Source: an uncultured Adlercreutzia sp. (GTDB lineage Bacteria > Actinomycetota > Coriobacteriia > Coriobacteriales > Eggerthellaceae). From it: 64,000 nucleotides of DNA. Positions 47,401 to 56,611 of this stretch are shown here, one piece after another. Location of the stretch: contig CABSMC010000002.1 of NCBI GenBank assembly GCA_902478715.1, positions 4,313 through 68,312 on the forward strand. The letters are read 5' to 3'. Numbering within the stretch: the first letter of the stretch is position 1; every line of letters begins with the position of its first letter. The notes beneath the pieces were generated by a model. The model was not told where the DNA came from, did no database searches, and saw nothing but the letters and a program-made list of their open reading frames with translations. Made by a program: the position numbers and the translations under genes.

Positions 47401-49575
47401 GACGTCCTCGATGATGCCGTTGTAGCCGCACACCGGGTCGCGGTCGACCGGGTGGTTCACCGAGCCGTAGCCCATGCCGCAATCCTTCATGTAGCGGATG
47501 ACGCTTTCAAAGGCCTCCAGGTTGTCGGACGGATCGCCGTCAAGCTCGATGTAGCTGATGTGGCCGCCGTTGGTGAGCGCGTGGTAGGGCGCCTCCAGGG
47601 CGATCTTGTCGAAAGCGGAGATGTCGAAGTACACCGGCACGTGGAAGCCGTTGGTGTAGTAGTCGCGATCGGTCACGCCGGGGATGACGCCGTAGCGGGC
47701 GCGGTCCATGCGGACGAAGCGACCGGACAGGCCCTCGGCCGGCGTGGCGATGAGCGTGTAGTTCATGCCGCGCTCGCGGGAGATGCGGTCGCAGTAGGAG
47801 CGCATATGGCCCACGATTTCCAGACCCAGGCGCTGGGCCTCGGGGGACTGGCCATGATGCTGACCGGTCAGCGCCACCAGGCACTCGGCCAGACCGATGA
47901 AGCCGGTGGTCAGCGTGCCATGCTTGAGCACCTCGCGCTGCTCGTCGGTGGGCGAGAGCTTCTCGGAATCGATCCACACGCCCTGGCCCATGAGGAAGGG
48001 CGCGTTGTACACGTGCTTGCGAGCCTGAATCTCGAAGCGCTCGTCCAGCTGGTTGGTCACCAGCTGCAGCTTGGAATCGAGCAGGTCGAAGAACAGGTCG
48101 ACATCGCCCTTGGCGCGGATGGCCAGGCGGGGCAGGTTGATGGAGGTGAAGGACAGGTTGCCGCGGCCGGGCGTGATCTCGCGCTCGGGGTCGTAGACGT
48201 TGCCCATAACGCGAGTGCGGCAGCCCATGTAGGCGATCTCAGACTCGGGAGTGCCGTTGTAATACTGGGCGTTGAACGGCGCGTCCAGGAAGGAGAAGTT
48301 CGGGAACAGACGCTTGGCGGAGCAGTGCATGGCCAGCTTGAACAGGTCGTAGTTCGGATCCTCCGGGTTGTAGTTCACGCCTTCCTTCACGCGGAAGATC
48401 TGCACCGGGAAGATGGGCGTCTCGCCGGAGCCCAGACCCTCTTCCGTGGCCAGCAGCATGTTCTTGATGACCATGCGGCCCTCGGGGGAGGTGTCCATGC
48501 CGTAGTTCACCGAGCTGAACGGCGTCTGCGCACCGGCGCGGGAATGCATGGTGTTCAAGTTGTGCACCAGCGCCTCCATGGCCTGGAAGGTCTGGCGGTC
48601 GGTGTCGCGGGAGGCGTTCTTCTCGGCGTAGGCCACCACGCGCTCGGCCGTAGCGGCATCGACGCCGCCCTCAACGAGCCCGGCCACCACGGCGGCGCGG
48701 AACTCCGGATCCATCTCGAGACTGGCAACCGTGCCGGTCTCGCTTTCCACGCGGGCGAGCAAATCCTCGGCGAAGGTGCGGTCGTCGGCGATGTCAGTCA
48801 GCAGGTCGACGGCCTCGGCCACGTGCTTCTTGAACAGGCGGCGGTACGTCTTGCCCACGCCCACGGCCAGGCCGTAATCGAAGTCGCACACCGACTGGCC
48901 GCCGTGCTGGTCGTTCTGGTTCGACTGGATGGCGATGCAGGCAAGCGCGGCGTAGCTGGAGATGTCGTTGGGCTCGCGCAGCACGCCGTGACCGGTGGAG
49001 AAGCCGCCCTTGAAGAGCTTCCGCAGCTCAATCTGGCAGCAGGTGGTGGTCAGCGTGTAGAAGTCCATGTCGTGAATGTGAATATCACCCTCGCGGTGCG
49101 CCTTGGCAAAACGCGGGTCGATGACGCACATCTCGTAGAACTGCTTGGCCGATTCAGAGCCGTACTTCAGCATGGTGCCCATGGCGGTGTCGGCGTCGAT
49201 GTTGGCGTTCTCGCGCTTCATGTCGGAATCGGCGGCCTTGGAGAAGGTGATGTCCTTCAGCGTTTGGATGAGGCGGGAGTTCACGTCGCGCACGCGGCTG
49301 CGCTCGGCACGGTAGAGGATGTAGGCCTTGGCGGTCTGCACGAAGCCGGACTCGATGAGGGTTTCCTCCACGAGATCCTGCACGCCCTCGACCGTCGGGG
49401 TACCCTCGATGGCGCCGCTCTCAAGCTTCTCGACGACCGTGGCGGCAATCTGCTCGGCGGTGGCGCGATCCTGCATGGCCGCGCACGCCTGGAAGGATTT
49501 TTCCACCGCATCGGCGATCTTCTGGGGATGGAATTCCGCCGTGCGTCCGTCGCGCTTGATGATGGTCTTCACCAT
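47242..49575 (-). CDS. nrdD: Class III anaerobic ribonucleoside-triphosphate reductase with ATP cone
   Basis: IIKRDG ATP cone, HIHD, GRGNLSFTSINLPR, TPAEG, YYTNG, CPKCG, RITGYL. Confidence 0.96.
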   Translation of the reverse strand: MVKTIIKRDGRTAEFHPQKIADAVEKSFQACAAMQDRATAEQIAATVVEKLESGAIEGTPTVEGVQDLVEETLIESGFVQTAKAYILYRAERSRVRDVNSRLIQTLKDITFSKAADSDMKRENANIDADTAMGTMLKYGSESAKQFYEMCVIDPRFAKAHREGDIHIHDMDFYTLTTTCCQIELRKLFKGGFSTGHGVLREPNDISSYAALACIAIQSNQNDQHGGQSVCDFDYGLAVGVGKTYRRLFKKHVAEAVDLLTDIADDRTFAEDLLARVESETGTVASLEMDPEFRAAVVAGLVEGGVDAATAERVVAYAEKNASRDTDRQTFQAMEALVHNLNTMHSRAGAQTPFSSVNYGMDTSPEGRMVIKNMLLATEEGLGSGETPIFPVQIFRVKEGVNYNPEDPNYDLFKLAMHCSAKRLFPNFSFLDAPFNAQYYNGTPESEIAYMGCRTRVMGNVYDPEREITPGRGNLSFTSINLPRLAIRAKGDVDLFFDLLDSKLQLVTNQLDERFEIQARKHVYNAPFLMGQGVWIDSEKLSPTDEQREVLKHGTLTTGFIGLAECLVALTGQHHGQSPEAQRLGLEIVGHMRSYCDRISRERGMNYTLIATPAEGLSGRFVRMDRARYGVIPGVTDRDYYTNGFHVPVYFDISAFDKIALEAPYHALTNGGHISYIELDGDPSDNLEAFESVIRYMKDCGMGYGSVNHPVDRDPVCGYNGIIEDVCPKCGRTEDAHNQPFERIRRITGYLVGTLDRFNDAKRAEEHDRVKHDVPTAE

Positions 49576-49767
49576 AACTTCCTACATCCTTTCTTCGGCG
49601 CGGCTCCCGCACCGTATTCGCACCGCTCATCGCGGCCTTGCCAACCACAACATGCAGAAACGCGGCAATGTTTTCCCCACTGCCACCTTTCGCAATTACC
49701 AAGGGGGTAAACCCGCTTTTCGCCTTTATTTGCTCACCGGCTTTCCACAGGTTATTCACCATTGAAA

Positions 49768-49815
49768 CCACAATATATTGTGTTTTGTAGTTCCAAGGGC
49801 GGATACATATAGTAC
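49768..49815. promoter_or_regulatory. Tandem NrdR boxes upstream of nrdD
   Basis: CCACAATATATTGTGT (49768) fits the acaCwAtATaTwGtg consensus; weaker box 32 bp away (49800). Confidence 0.8.
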
Positions 49816-49926
49816 TCGCGAAACTGTTCGGGCGCAATCGAACAAGATGTGTTTTTCGGCACTGGAAAAGAACAGAATTAATTTCGACGTACGGTCAATT
49901 ATCTTCCTGATCATCATTAGGAAGCG

Positions 49927-50751
49927 CTAACGCGACCGATTGAGCAAACCGTACTTCACCCGCACGCGAGCGAGCTGGTCGAGCAGCGGGTTCGCCACAA
50001 GCAGCAGCGTGAGGGCCGTGGCCGCCCCATGAATGGCATTCACCGGCAAGCCGGCGAGGTACACCGTCGCCGCCAACTCCGGCGTAGGGGCCGTGGAAAG
50101 GTAGAAGAACGTGGAGGTATCCAGAATGGGGCCCGCAAGCCCCACGATAAGCACGAACCCCGTGACCGCCAACGCAACGCGGCGCGGCCAGGAAAGGTTC
50201 GCCCGCGGGAACACACGAGCATCGGCAAGCAGCCCCGCCACAAGCCCCACCACGCCGAAGGCGAGCATCTGCCAGGGCGTCCAGGGCCCTTGCCCGAAGA
50301 TGAAGTTACTGGCGAGCGCCGCCACGGAGCCCACGAGAAAACCGGTCTGGGGGCCAGCGGCGATGCCTGCGATCATAATGATAGCGGCCATGGGCTTGAA
50401 GTGCGGCACCCAGACGAACGCCGCGCGTGCCGCCACGGCAAGGGCCGTGAGCACGGCCACCACGGCGATCTCGCGCGCTGTCGGGCGACGCCCTTCGAAG
50501 GCAACGAAGAAGGGCACGATGGCGTACAGAACGATGAGCGTGCCGGAGAGGTAGTAGCCGTTGCCCGGAATGCCCATGCCCACGACTACGGTCAGCGGGG
50601 CGAGCACCAGCGCCGCGAGAATCGTCAGCAGCATTTTGGCGCGGGCGCGGCAACGCGCGCGAGAGGGCTCAGTGGGGCGCGGGGAAGCTCCTTCACCGTC
50701 ATGCGAAGGAGCAGAGGCGCGATGACGCGCGTCTTCGATCAGCTTTGGCAC
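49927..50751 (-). CDS. ECF transporter S component (CbrT-like, possibly cobalamin)
   Basis: PHFKP..GFLVGS..SNFIFGQGPWTPWQM; GTG 50751 overlaps the ATPase end. Confidence 0.75.
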   Translation of the reverse strand: MPKLIEDARHRASAPSHDGEGASPRPTEPSRARCRARAKMLLTILAALVLAPLTVVVGMGIPGNGYYLSGTLIVLYAIVPFFVAFEGRRPTAREIAVVAVLTALAVAARAAFVWVPHFKPMAAIIMIAGIAAGPQTGFLVGSVAALASNFIFGQGPWTPWQMLAFGVVGLVAGLLADARVFPRANLSWPRRVALAVTGFVLIVGLAGPILDTSTFFYLSTAPTPELAATVYLAGLPVNAIHGAATALTLLLVANPLLDQLARVRVKYGLLNRSR

Positions 50752-52733
50752 AGCTCCACCACCTCTTCCACGGTGACGGCGTTTTCGAAGAGCCCACGGC
50801 TTATACGATTGGCCGCCGTGGTGTAGAAGCTGTTCGACGCGAAGAACCGCCGGGGCGGGTTGGTCGTCACCGCGTCTCCGTCGAAGAACAGCGCGCACCG
50901 ATCAGCGTAACTGGCGCAGAATTCCACATCATGGGACACCATAAGCACCGTCGTGCCCCGAGCAGTCAAGCTTCGCAGCAACGCGGCGAGCTTCTCCTTG
51001 AAGAAAGCATCGAGTCCCTTCGTCGGCTCATCGAGCAGCAGCAGCCGCGGCTCGTTCAGCAGCACCTTGGCCAACGCCGCCCGCTGCACCTCGCCACCGG
51101 ACAGGTCGAAGGGATGAGCATCAAGCAGCGGCACAATGTCTGTCAGCGCCGCCACTTCCCTCACCGCCGCCGTGCGCTGCTCTGCCGTGAGGCTGCGACC
51201 GTCCAGCATCTCTTCCAAATCTCCCCGAACGGTCTTCTTCACCATAAGGTTCAGCGGATCTTGCGGAAGCATAGCCACCCCGCCGCGGAACAGCTCGGCC
51301 CTCTTCCACTCCTTCAGCCGTCGCCCAAGCACGGTGATCTTCCCGCGATAGGGCCGCGCGACGCCGCAGATGGCGCGCAGCATCGTCGACTTCCCCGTGC
51401 CGTTGCCTCCCACCACGGCAAACAACGACCCCTCCGGCACGGTCAGCGTCGTCCCCCGCAGCACATCGGCGCCATCCCGCTCGTAGCGGAACCACACATC
51501 CCGCAGCTCCACCGCCGCCCGTGCGGGCGCCGAGTCGCAAGCCTCCCCCGCCGGAAACGCCCACCGACGCGGCGGATGGACGGCAACCTCGTTCGCCAAC
51601 CAGCTCCGCCCCTCCCGCACCGTGAGAGGAGTTTCAACTTGCGAAATCACCGCCCCTTCAACTATGGCAGAGTAGGGTTGCGCCGACGGGGAGGGGGTCC
51701 GCGCGCAGTTCATTGAAGTGCGCAAGAAAGAGTCCGCGACCCTCGATGAGCCCTGCACTTCAATGCTGTCTGAGCACGGCGCCCCCTCCCCGTCGACGCA
51801 ACCCGGACGGACGCACGGCGCCCCCTCCCCACTGCGGCGGCCCGCCCGATCGCACGGCGCCTCCTCCCCGTCGGCGCAACCCGGCCGATCGCACGGCGCC
51901 CCCTCCCCGTCGGCGCAACCCGGTCGATCGCACGGCGCCCCTTCCCCACTGCGACGACCCAGCCGACCTTCCACACCCCAAGCGATCCGTGCCGCCGCCG
52001 GGAGCGCCAACGCCATGGGGCTGCTCGCCTGATGCAGCTGGCCCGCGACAGCCCGCGGCTCCCCGTCGGCGACGACGCGCCCCTCCTCCAGCACCACCAC
52101 GCGGTCGGCCAGCCCATACACCTCTTCCAGCCGATGCTCGCTCATAACCACCGTCGTCCCTAGCTCGCGATTGATCCGGTGCACCGTAGCCAGAAAGTCG
52201 CTGGCGGCAATGGGATCCAGCTGACTCGTGGGCTCGTCCAGCACCAGTACATCGGGCCGGCCCGCCATGACCGACGCTAGGTTCAGCAGCTGCTTCTGGC
52301 CGCCCGAAAGCTCGCCCACGTTCTTATGGAACCAGTGCTGGATGCCGAAGTAGCTGGCCATCTCCGCCACGCGCAAGCGCATGGTGCGCTCGTCGCAGCC
52401 GAGGCTTTCCAAGACGAAGGCCAGCTCGTGCCACACTTTGTCGGTCACGATCTGCGCATCGGGGTCTTGCATGACGAATCCGATGCGGGCCACTTGCTCG
52501 CGTTCGGGCACATCGGCGAGAGGCACGCCATCGAACAGCACCTGTCCGCTTTGGTGCCCATGGGGAGCGAGCGCCGACTTGAACTGGCGCAAGAGCGTTG
52601 TCTTCCCGCAGCCGCTCTGACCGCATACCAGCACAAACTGGCCCGGCTTGATGGCCACAGAAACATCACGAAGGGCATCGCGGGGCGCCTCCGGGTAGCG
52701 AAACGTCAGCTCTTCGAAAGCGAATAGCGCCAC
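50739..52733 (-). CDS. ECF transporter fused double ATPase (A-A') with repetitive linker
   Basis: GQSGCGKT/LSGGQKQ and GGNGTGKS/LSGGEVQ; GTG 52733 after GGAGGG. Confidence 0.88.
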   Translation of the reverse strand: MALFAFEELTFRYPEAPRDALRDVSVAIKPGQFVLVCGQSGCGKTTLLRQFKSALAPHGHQSGQVLFDGVPLADVPEREQVARIGFVMQDPDAQIVTDKVWHELAFVLESLGCDERTMRLRVAEMASYFGIQHWFHKNVGELSGGQKQLLNLASVMAGRPDVLVLDEPTSQLDPIAASDFLATVHRINRELGTTVVMSEHRLEEVYGLADRVVVLEEGRVVADGEPRAVAGQLHQASSPMALALPAAARIAWGVEGRLGRRSGEGAPCDRPGCADGEGAPCDRPGCADGEEAPCDRAGRRSGEGAPCVRPGCVDGEGAPCSDSIEVQGSSRVADSFLRTSMNCARTPSPSAQPYSAIVEGAVISQVETPLTVREGRSWLANEVAVHPPRRWAFPAGEACDSAPARAAVELRDVWFRYERDGADVLRGTTLTVPEGSLFAVVGGNGTGKSTMLRAICGVARPYRGKITVLGRRLKEWKRAELFRGGVAMLPQDPLNLMVKKTVRGDLEEMLDGRSLTAEQRTAAVREVAALTDIVPLLDAHPFDLSGGEVQRAALAKVLLNEPRLLLLDEPTKGLDAFFKEKLAALLRSLTARGTTVLMVSHDVEFCASYADRCALFFDGDAVTTNPPRRFFASNSFYTTAANRISRGLFENAVTVEEVVELCQS
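51774..51950 (-). repeat. 39-bp coding tandem repeat (GAPCDRPGCADGE-like, ~4.5 copies)
   Basis: GCACGGCGCC at 51774, 51813, 51852, 51891 and 51930. Confidence 0.9.
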
Positions 52734-53617
52734 ACCGCCCTCCCTCCGCAATTGATAACCGCAGGAATAGCCAGAAAAGCGCCATAGCAAACGGCCCCCA
52801 TAAGCACGGCCGCTCCCGCAGAGGGCCACACGATCGTCGGAAAGTAGGTGATCGCGAACCCTCCCTGGGCGAACGCGGCCACCGCGCCAACCACCAGCGC
52901 GCCCATCGCCACGGCCAGCACCGTATCGCACGCCTCCCAGCGGAAGAGCGCGAAGTGAGTGCGCCCCGGCAGCCCGAAGCCACGGGCCGTCATGGAGTCG
53001 GCGGCCACCACGGCGCCTTCCAAAGCGTCGGCCGACAGCGACAAGAGGACACTGCCCCCGTCGCGCACGCGCGCCGCCACGGAGGCGCCTTCCGTCGGGC
53101 CTTTCCCAATGCAAGCCCGCGCCGTCATGAGGGCGTCGGCTTTGCGGCGGTAACTTGGCACGAGGCGCAGCACCATGGTGAGCACCAGCGACAGCGCCGG
53201 AATAGCGCGGCCGAACAGGTAAGTAAACTTGTCCGAAGTCATGACCAGGTGAAAGGAGGCGAACCACAGCATCATGGCCACGAGCATAAGCCCCGTGGAG
53301 GCGCCCAAAGCCAGCGCTTCTAACGTGTAAGGACGGCCACCCCACCAGCGGAGGAGCACCGTGGCGCCCTGGGTATTGAACAGCGGGGCCGACAGCGTCA
53401 CCACAAGCAGCACCGCCATGAGTCCCACGATGAAGAGCCACGCCTCGCGGCCGCGAAACGTCAGGTAGCAGGCCGCCGCTAGAAGAACGGACATCACCTG
53501 ACAAATGGGGTTCGCAAGCACCATGGAAAGCACGATAGCCCCCGCGAAGAAACCGAACGTCACCGCGGGGTGCAGTGACGCAAAGGCGCAACGGCCTTGG
53601 TATGGCAGGGTGCTCAT
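52706..53617 (-). CDS. ECF transporter T component
   Basis: LHP at N-terminus, LRLVP, ADSMTARGFG. Confidence 0.85.
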   Translation of the reverse strand: MSTLPYQGRCAFASLHPAVTFGFFAGAIVLSMVLANPICQVMSVLLAAACYLTFRGREAWLFIVGLMAVLLVVTLSAPLFNTQGATVLLRWWGGRPYTLEALALGASTGLMLVAMMLWFASFHLVMTSDKFTYLFGRAIPALSLVLTMVLRLVPSYRRKADALMTARACIGKGPTEGASVAARVRDGGSVLLSLSADALEGAVVAADSMTARGFGLPGRTHFALFRWEACDTVLAVAMGALVVGAVAAFAQGGFAITYFPTIVWPSAGAAVLMGAVCYGAFLAIPAVINCGGRAVWRYSLSKS

Positions 53618-53644
53618 GGGCGACGCGGCTTCTCGGCGAGAACG

Positions 53645-54553
53645 TTACAGGACCGGTGCCACATCGAGGCCCGCAACGGTGGCGGCCAGCACCCCGGTGT
53701 AAGCCGGGGTCGCCTGACCGGCGGCACGCAGGAACTGGACGCCAGCCGCGCGCAGCTCAAGGGCCGCGGGCATCATGGTGTCGGGGCTGTAGTAGGGGTT
53801 CTCGGTCGTGGGGCCCTGTTGCTTGGCGTCGCGCTGGAACACCTGCAGCGTGGCCATGAGACATAAATCCGCTCCGCGCGCCTCCAGTGTCTCGCGGGCC
53901 GCATCGGCCAAATCGCGCGCCTGATCAGGGGTGGCCAGCGTGGAGAAGCCGGCCACCGCCGCGCCGTATTCCGCCATCACTTCCACGGCCTCGCGCCAGG
54001 TGCCCCGGCCGCTCGCCAAGCCGCCGTCACCCTGCACATCCACCGAAGCAATGATGGGGGCATCAGTCACCTTGCGCAGGCCCATGAGCGCACACTTCAG
54101 ATCATCGGCCGTCGTGAACCCGTTCAAAAAGAACGCATCGAAGGTGCGGCCATCGAAGAATTGCGCCGCACGAGCGTACTGGTCGCGGTTTTCCACAAGC
54201 GACGCCTTGGAGTCGGGATCCAGCGGCAGGCCGCAGGGGGCGATTTCCACAAGCGTGTGCTGAGGCTTGAACTCCGCCATGACCGCAAGGGCCGCCTCGG
54301 CCAGCGCCTCGCCTTTGCCCTCGGCGCCAACAGCCACCAAGCGCGCCGGCGTGAAATCGGCCACGGGGGTGACCATACACTGCGGGCCGGCCACCGTTTC
54401 CATGCGGTAAGCTTCTTCGATGGTTTCCGGCTCCACTAAAAGCGCGAGCGCCTGATCGCACACCGACTCGATGCCGGCCCGACGCAGGGCCTCCTGAATC
54501 GGCGACGAAACGACGAGCATGTCCTTGCCAAAGCGCAGCGCGAGATCGGCCAT
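53645..54553 (-). CDS. Homocysteine S-methyltransferase-like (MetH N-terminal domain) protein, divergent
   Basis: EPETIEEAY..AG, IAPCG, DAFFLNG..DLKCAL, TIM-barrel-like layout; the usual terminal GGCC Zn motif is not seen. Confidence 0.55.
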   Translation of the reverse strand: MADLALRFGKDMLVVSSPIQEALRRAGIESVCDQALALLVEPETIEEAYRMETVAGPQCMVTPVADFTPARLVAVGAEGKGEALAEAALAVMAEFKPQHTLVEIAPCGLPLDPDSKASLVENRDQYARAAQFFDGRTFDAFFLNGFTTADDLKCALMGLRKVTDAPIIASVDVQGDGGLASGRGTWREAVEVMAEYGAAVAGFSTLATPDQARDLADAARETLEARGADLCLMATLQVFQRDAKQQGPTTENPYYSPDTMMPAALELRAAGVQFLRAAGQATPAYTGVLAATVAGLDVAPVL

Positions 54554-55016
54554 GAGGAGTTCCTTTCCACGAAGTTGCTGCCTTCCATGATACAAGATTG
54601 CTTGAGGGATAAACCTTTTTCGACATGAACCCCTTCCAAATGATCTTTTGCGACCGCCGTGCATCCTGCGTCCTAGAGGGTGACAAAATCAAACAACCAG
54701 GGGGTGACATTCTTATTCGTCCATAACACCGCCATGCATCCTGCGCATCGTTTCGTGCATCCAGAAGGCGTTTTCCGATGCCGAGGGCCCTGCATCAACG
54801 AAGGAAGATAAAAGGTTCGGAAAGGAGGGAGACGGGCAATCTGAAACTTTCTTATTGAATGTGAAGAAAATTCTCAGAGGGCGAACGGGCTTATGATGCG
54901 GGTAAACGGGCTCTGACAAGGGGTTATATGCTACTCACCGCCGAAATGATGCCGTTCTTCGTGGAAAATGAAGCACATTATGGTGACCAAAACAAGTCTT
55001 GACCTATAATTCGTTT

Positions 55017-55252
55017 CAGCGATTTGGAAGTTCCCCTGCTTCCATCGCTCTGCTTCAATCCCCTTGAAAGCAGAATGCGGCACTCGATGCCGCTACCCCC
55101 TCCTCCGAGGCGGCGAGGCACCCCTCCTTGCCGCCTCACTTCTTTTTTGGCGCTGCCCTTGAAACAAGCGCCGTGCTCGCGACGATGAGCAACCTGCCAA
55201 CCCTGTTGGCACAAGCCGGTGGAACTGGATCGGAGTTCCGCCGGCTTTTTTG
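55017..55252 (+). ncRNA. Candidate structured small RNA with multiple C-rich-loop hairpins
   Basis: TATAAT at 55005-55010; about eight consecutive hairpins; G-U pairs favour the + strand; 14-bp stem plus T-run terminator at 55213-55251. Confidence 0.65.
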
Positions 55253-55284
55253 TAGGCATCAGTTTTCTGCGTCTGCTGAATTCT

Positions 55285-55512
55285 GGAAATAGTTGCGAGT
55301 TTCGAGCAGCCGAACCGGGCAAATCTCACAGTGACCGCCCAAATCCGGAAGTAGATGAGAGCTTCGAGCATCATTTCGCACCGCACGCGCTGGTTTTGTC
55401 CAAATCGCGCCCGAAACTCGCATCTATTTCCGAAGCCTTCCCTCGTTACGCCCGAAACTCGCATCTATTTCCGAAATTCTCCTTCGCTATGCTCGAAACT
55501 CACATCTATTTC
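55285..55512. repeat. Five related ~23-bp repeats (two inverted, three direct at 41-bp period)
   Basis: CGAAACTC(G/A)CATCTATTTC at 55412, 55453, 55494; reverse copies at 55285 and 55347. Confidence 0.85.
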
Positions 55513-55634
55513 TATCGAGAGGCAAAATCCGGCAAACATATCCTAAGCCGCAAACAAAATACGCCAGCTCTGCCACAAAGACATGAGCTGGCGCTCGGTT
55601 CAAACCTATCGACTCAGGCAGAGCCGCGGTCAAA

Positions 55635-56231
55635 CTATTCCGTAGCATCCTCCGCATCAACCACGGCCACAGCCTCTTCAGCAGCCTCGGCAACTTCGGC
55701 AGCCTCGGCAACTTCGTCACCCTCAGCGTCGGCCTCTTCGCCGCGGTAGCGCTCGTCGATCTCGTCGTCAGTGTAGGCGATCGGCTCTTTCAGGGCCGCC
55801 ATGAAGTTCGGGGCCTCGCCGATGTAGGCGGCCTCGGATTCGAAGGTATAGGCGCCCTCGTCATCGACCTCATACAGGTAGGCGATGGCGTAGCCCTCCT
55901 CGGCGCCTGGCACGCCGCCCTCGGCGATGAGCGCGTCCTTCACGCCATCGTCGGTCTCGATGTAGCCGTCGTAGCAGAAGGCATAGCAGTCGGCCCCGCG
56001 GGCGCCGCGCACGTTCTTCTCGGCCGCCTCGAAGCACTCCTCGGCGGAATCGCCCGGATGCGACTCGATGAACAGGTTGTCCTTCACGACGAGCGTGGTG
56101 AAGGGGATGACGTCCTCCCCGCCCTCGATCTTCTCTTTGGCCTCGTCCAAGGCGAAGACGAGCACGCGCTCCAGCTCGTCGGGGATCTCCGGCACCTCGG
56201 TACTCGCGTTCTCAATGTTGCGATCGGCCAC
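55635..56231 (-). CDS. Acidic hypothetical protein
   Basis: GTG 56231 after AAGGAAAGGAGG; typical codon usage; YAFCYDGYI core. Confidence 0.75.
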   Translation of the reverse strand: MADRNIENASTEVPEIPDELERVLVFALDEAKEKIEGGEDVIPFTTLVVKDNLFIESHPGDSAEECFEAAEKNVRGARGADCYAFCYDGYIETDDGVKDALIAEGGVPGAEEGYAIAYLYEVDDEGAYTFESEAAYIGEAPNFMAALKEPIAYTDDEIDERYRGEEADAEGDEVAEAAEVAEAAEEAVAVVDAEDATE

Positions 56232-56611
56232 GGAGGGCCTCCTTTCCTTCAGGTTCACAGGCGGCGCAACCTCCTGCGCGTCGGCCTGCATCACGGGGCG
56301 CCTTCTTCGGCGCTTCGTTGCTTGCCCGTAGTGTAAAGCAACGGCATCGCAACTCAAGCCACAACACGGCGACAAACGGGCAGCGCGGGCAACCGCTTCG
56401 GTGAGGCTTCGCCCCCTTGCCGCAGAGCAGGAACGAAGTTCGGCGGGGGCAAGCGGCGACCGGAGCGCGTCGCTTTATCGTCAGACGCAGCACCCGTTTC
56501 AGCATAGCGACAATCCCCCGCTGTCCGTAGCATGAAGAGCTGGATGTGGGAAACTTTTCTCATTACAAGCAAGGTCAGCAAACGGGCAGAGAAAGGCGCA
56601 AGCGGGCGCAT

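Noticed and set aside
49741..49760. DnaA-box-like 9-mers beside the NrdR box
   Set aside because: Each has two mismatches to TTATCCACA; plausible but not supportable
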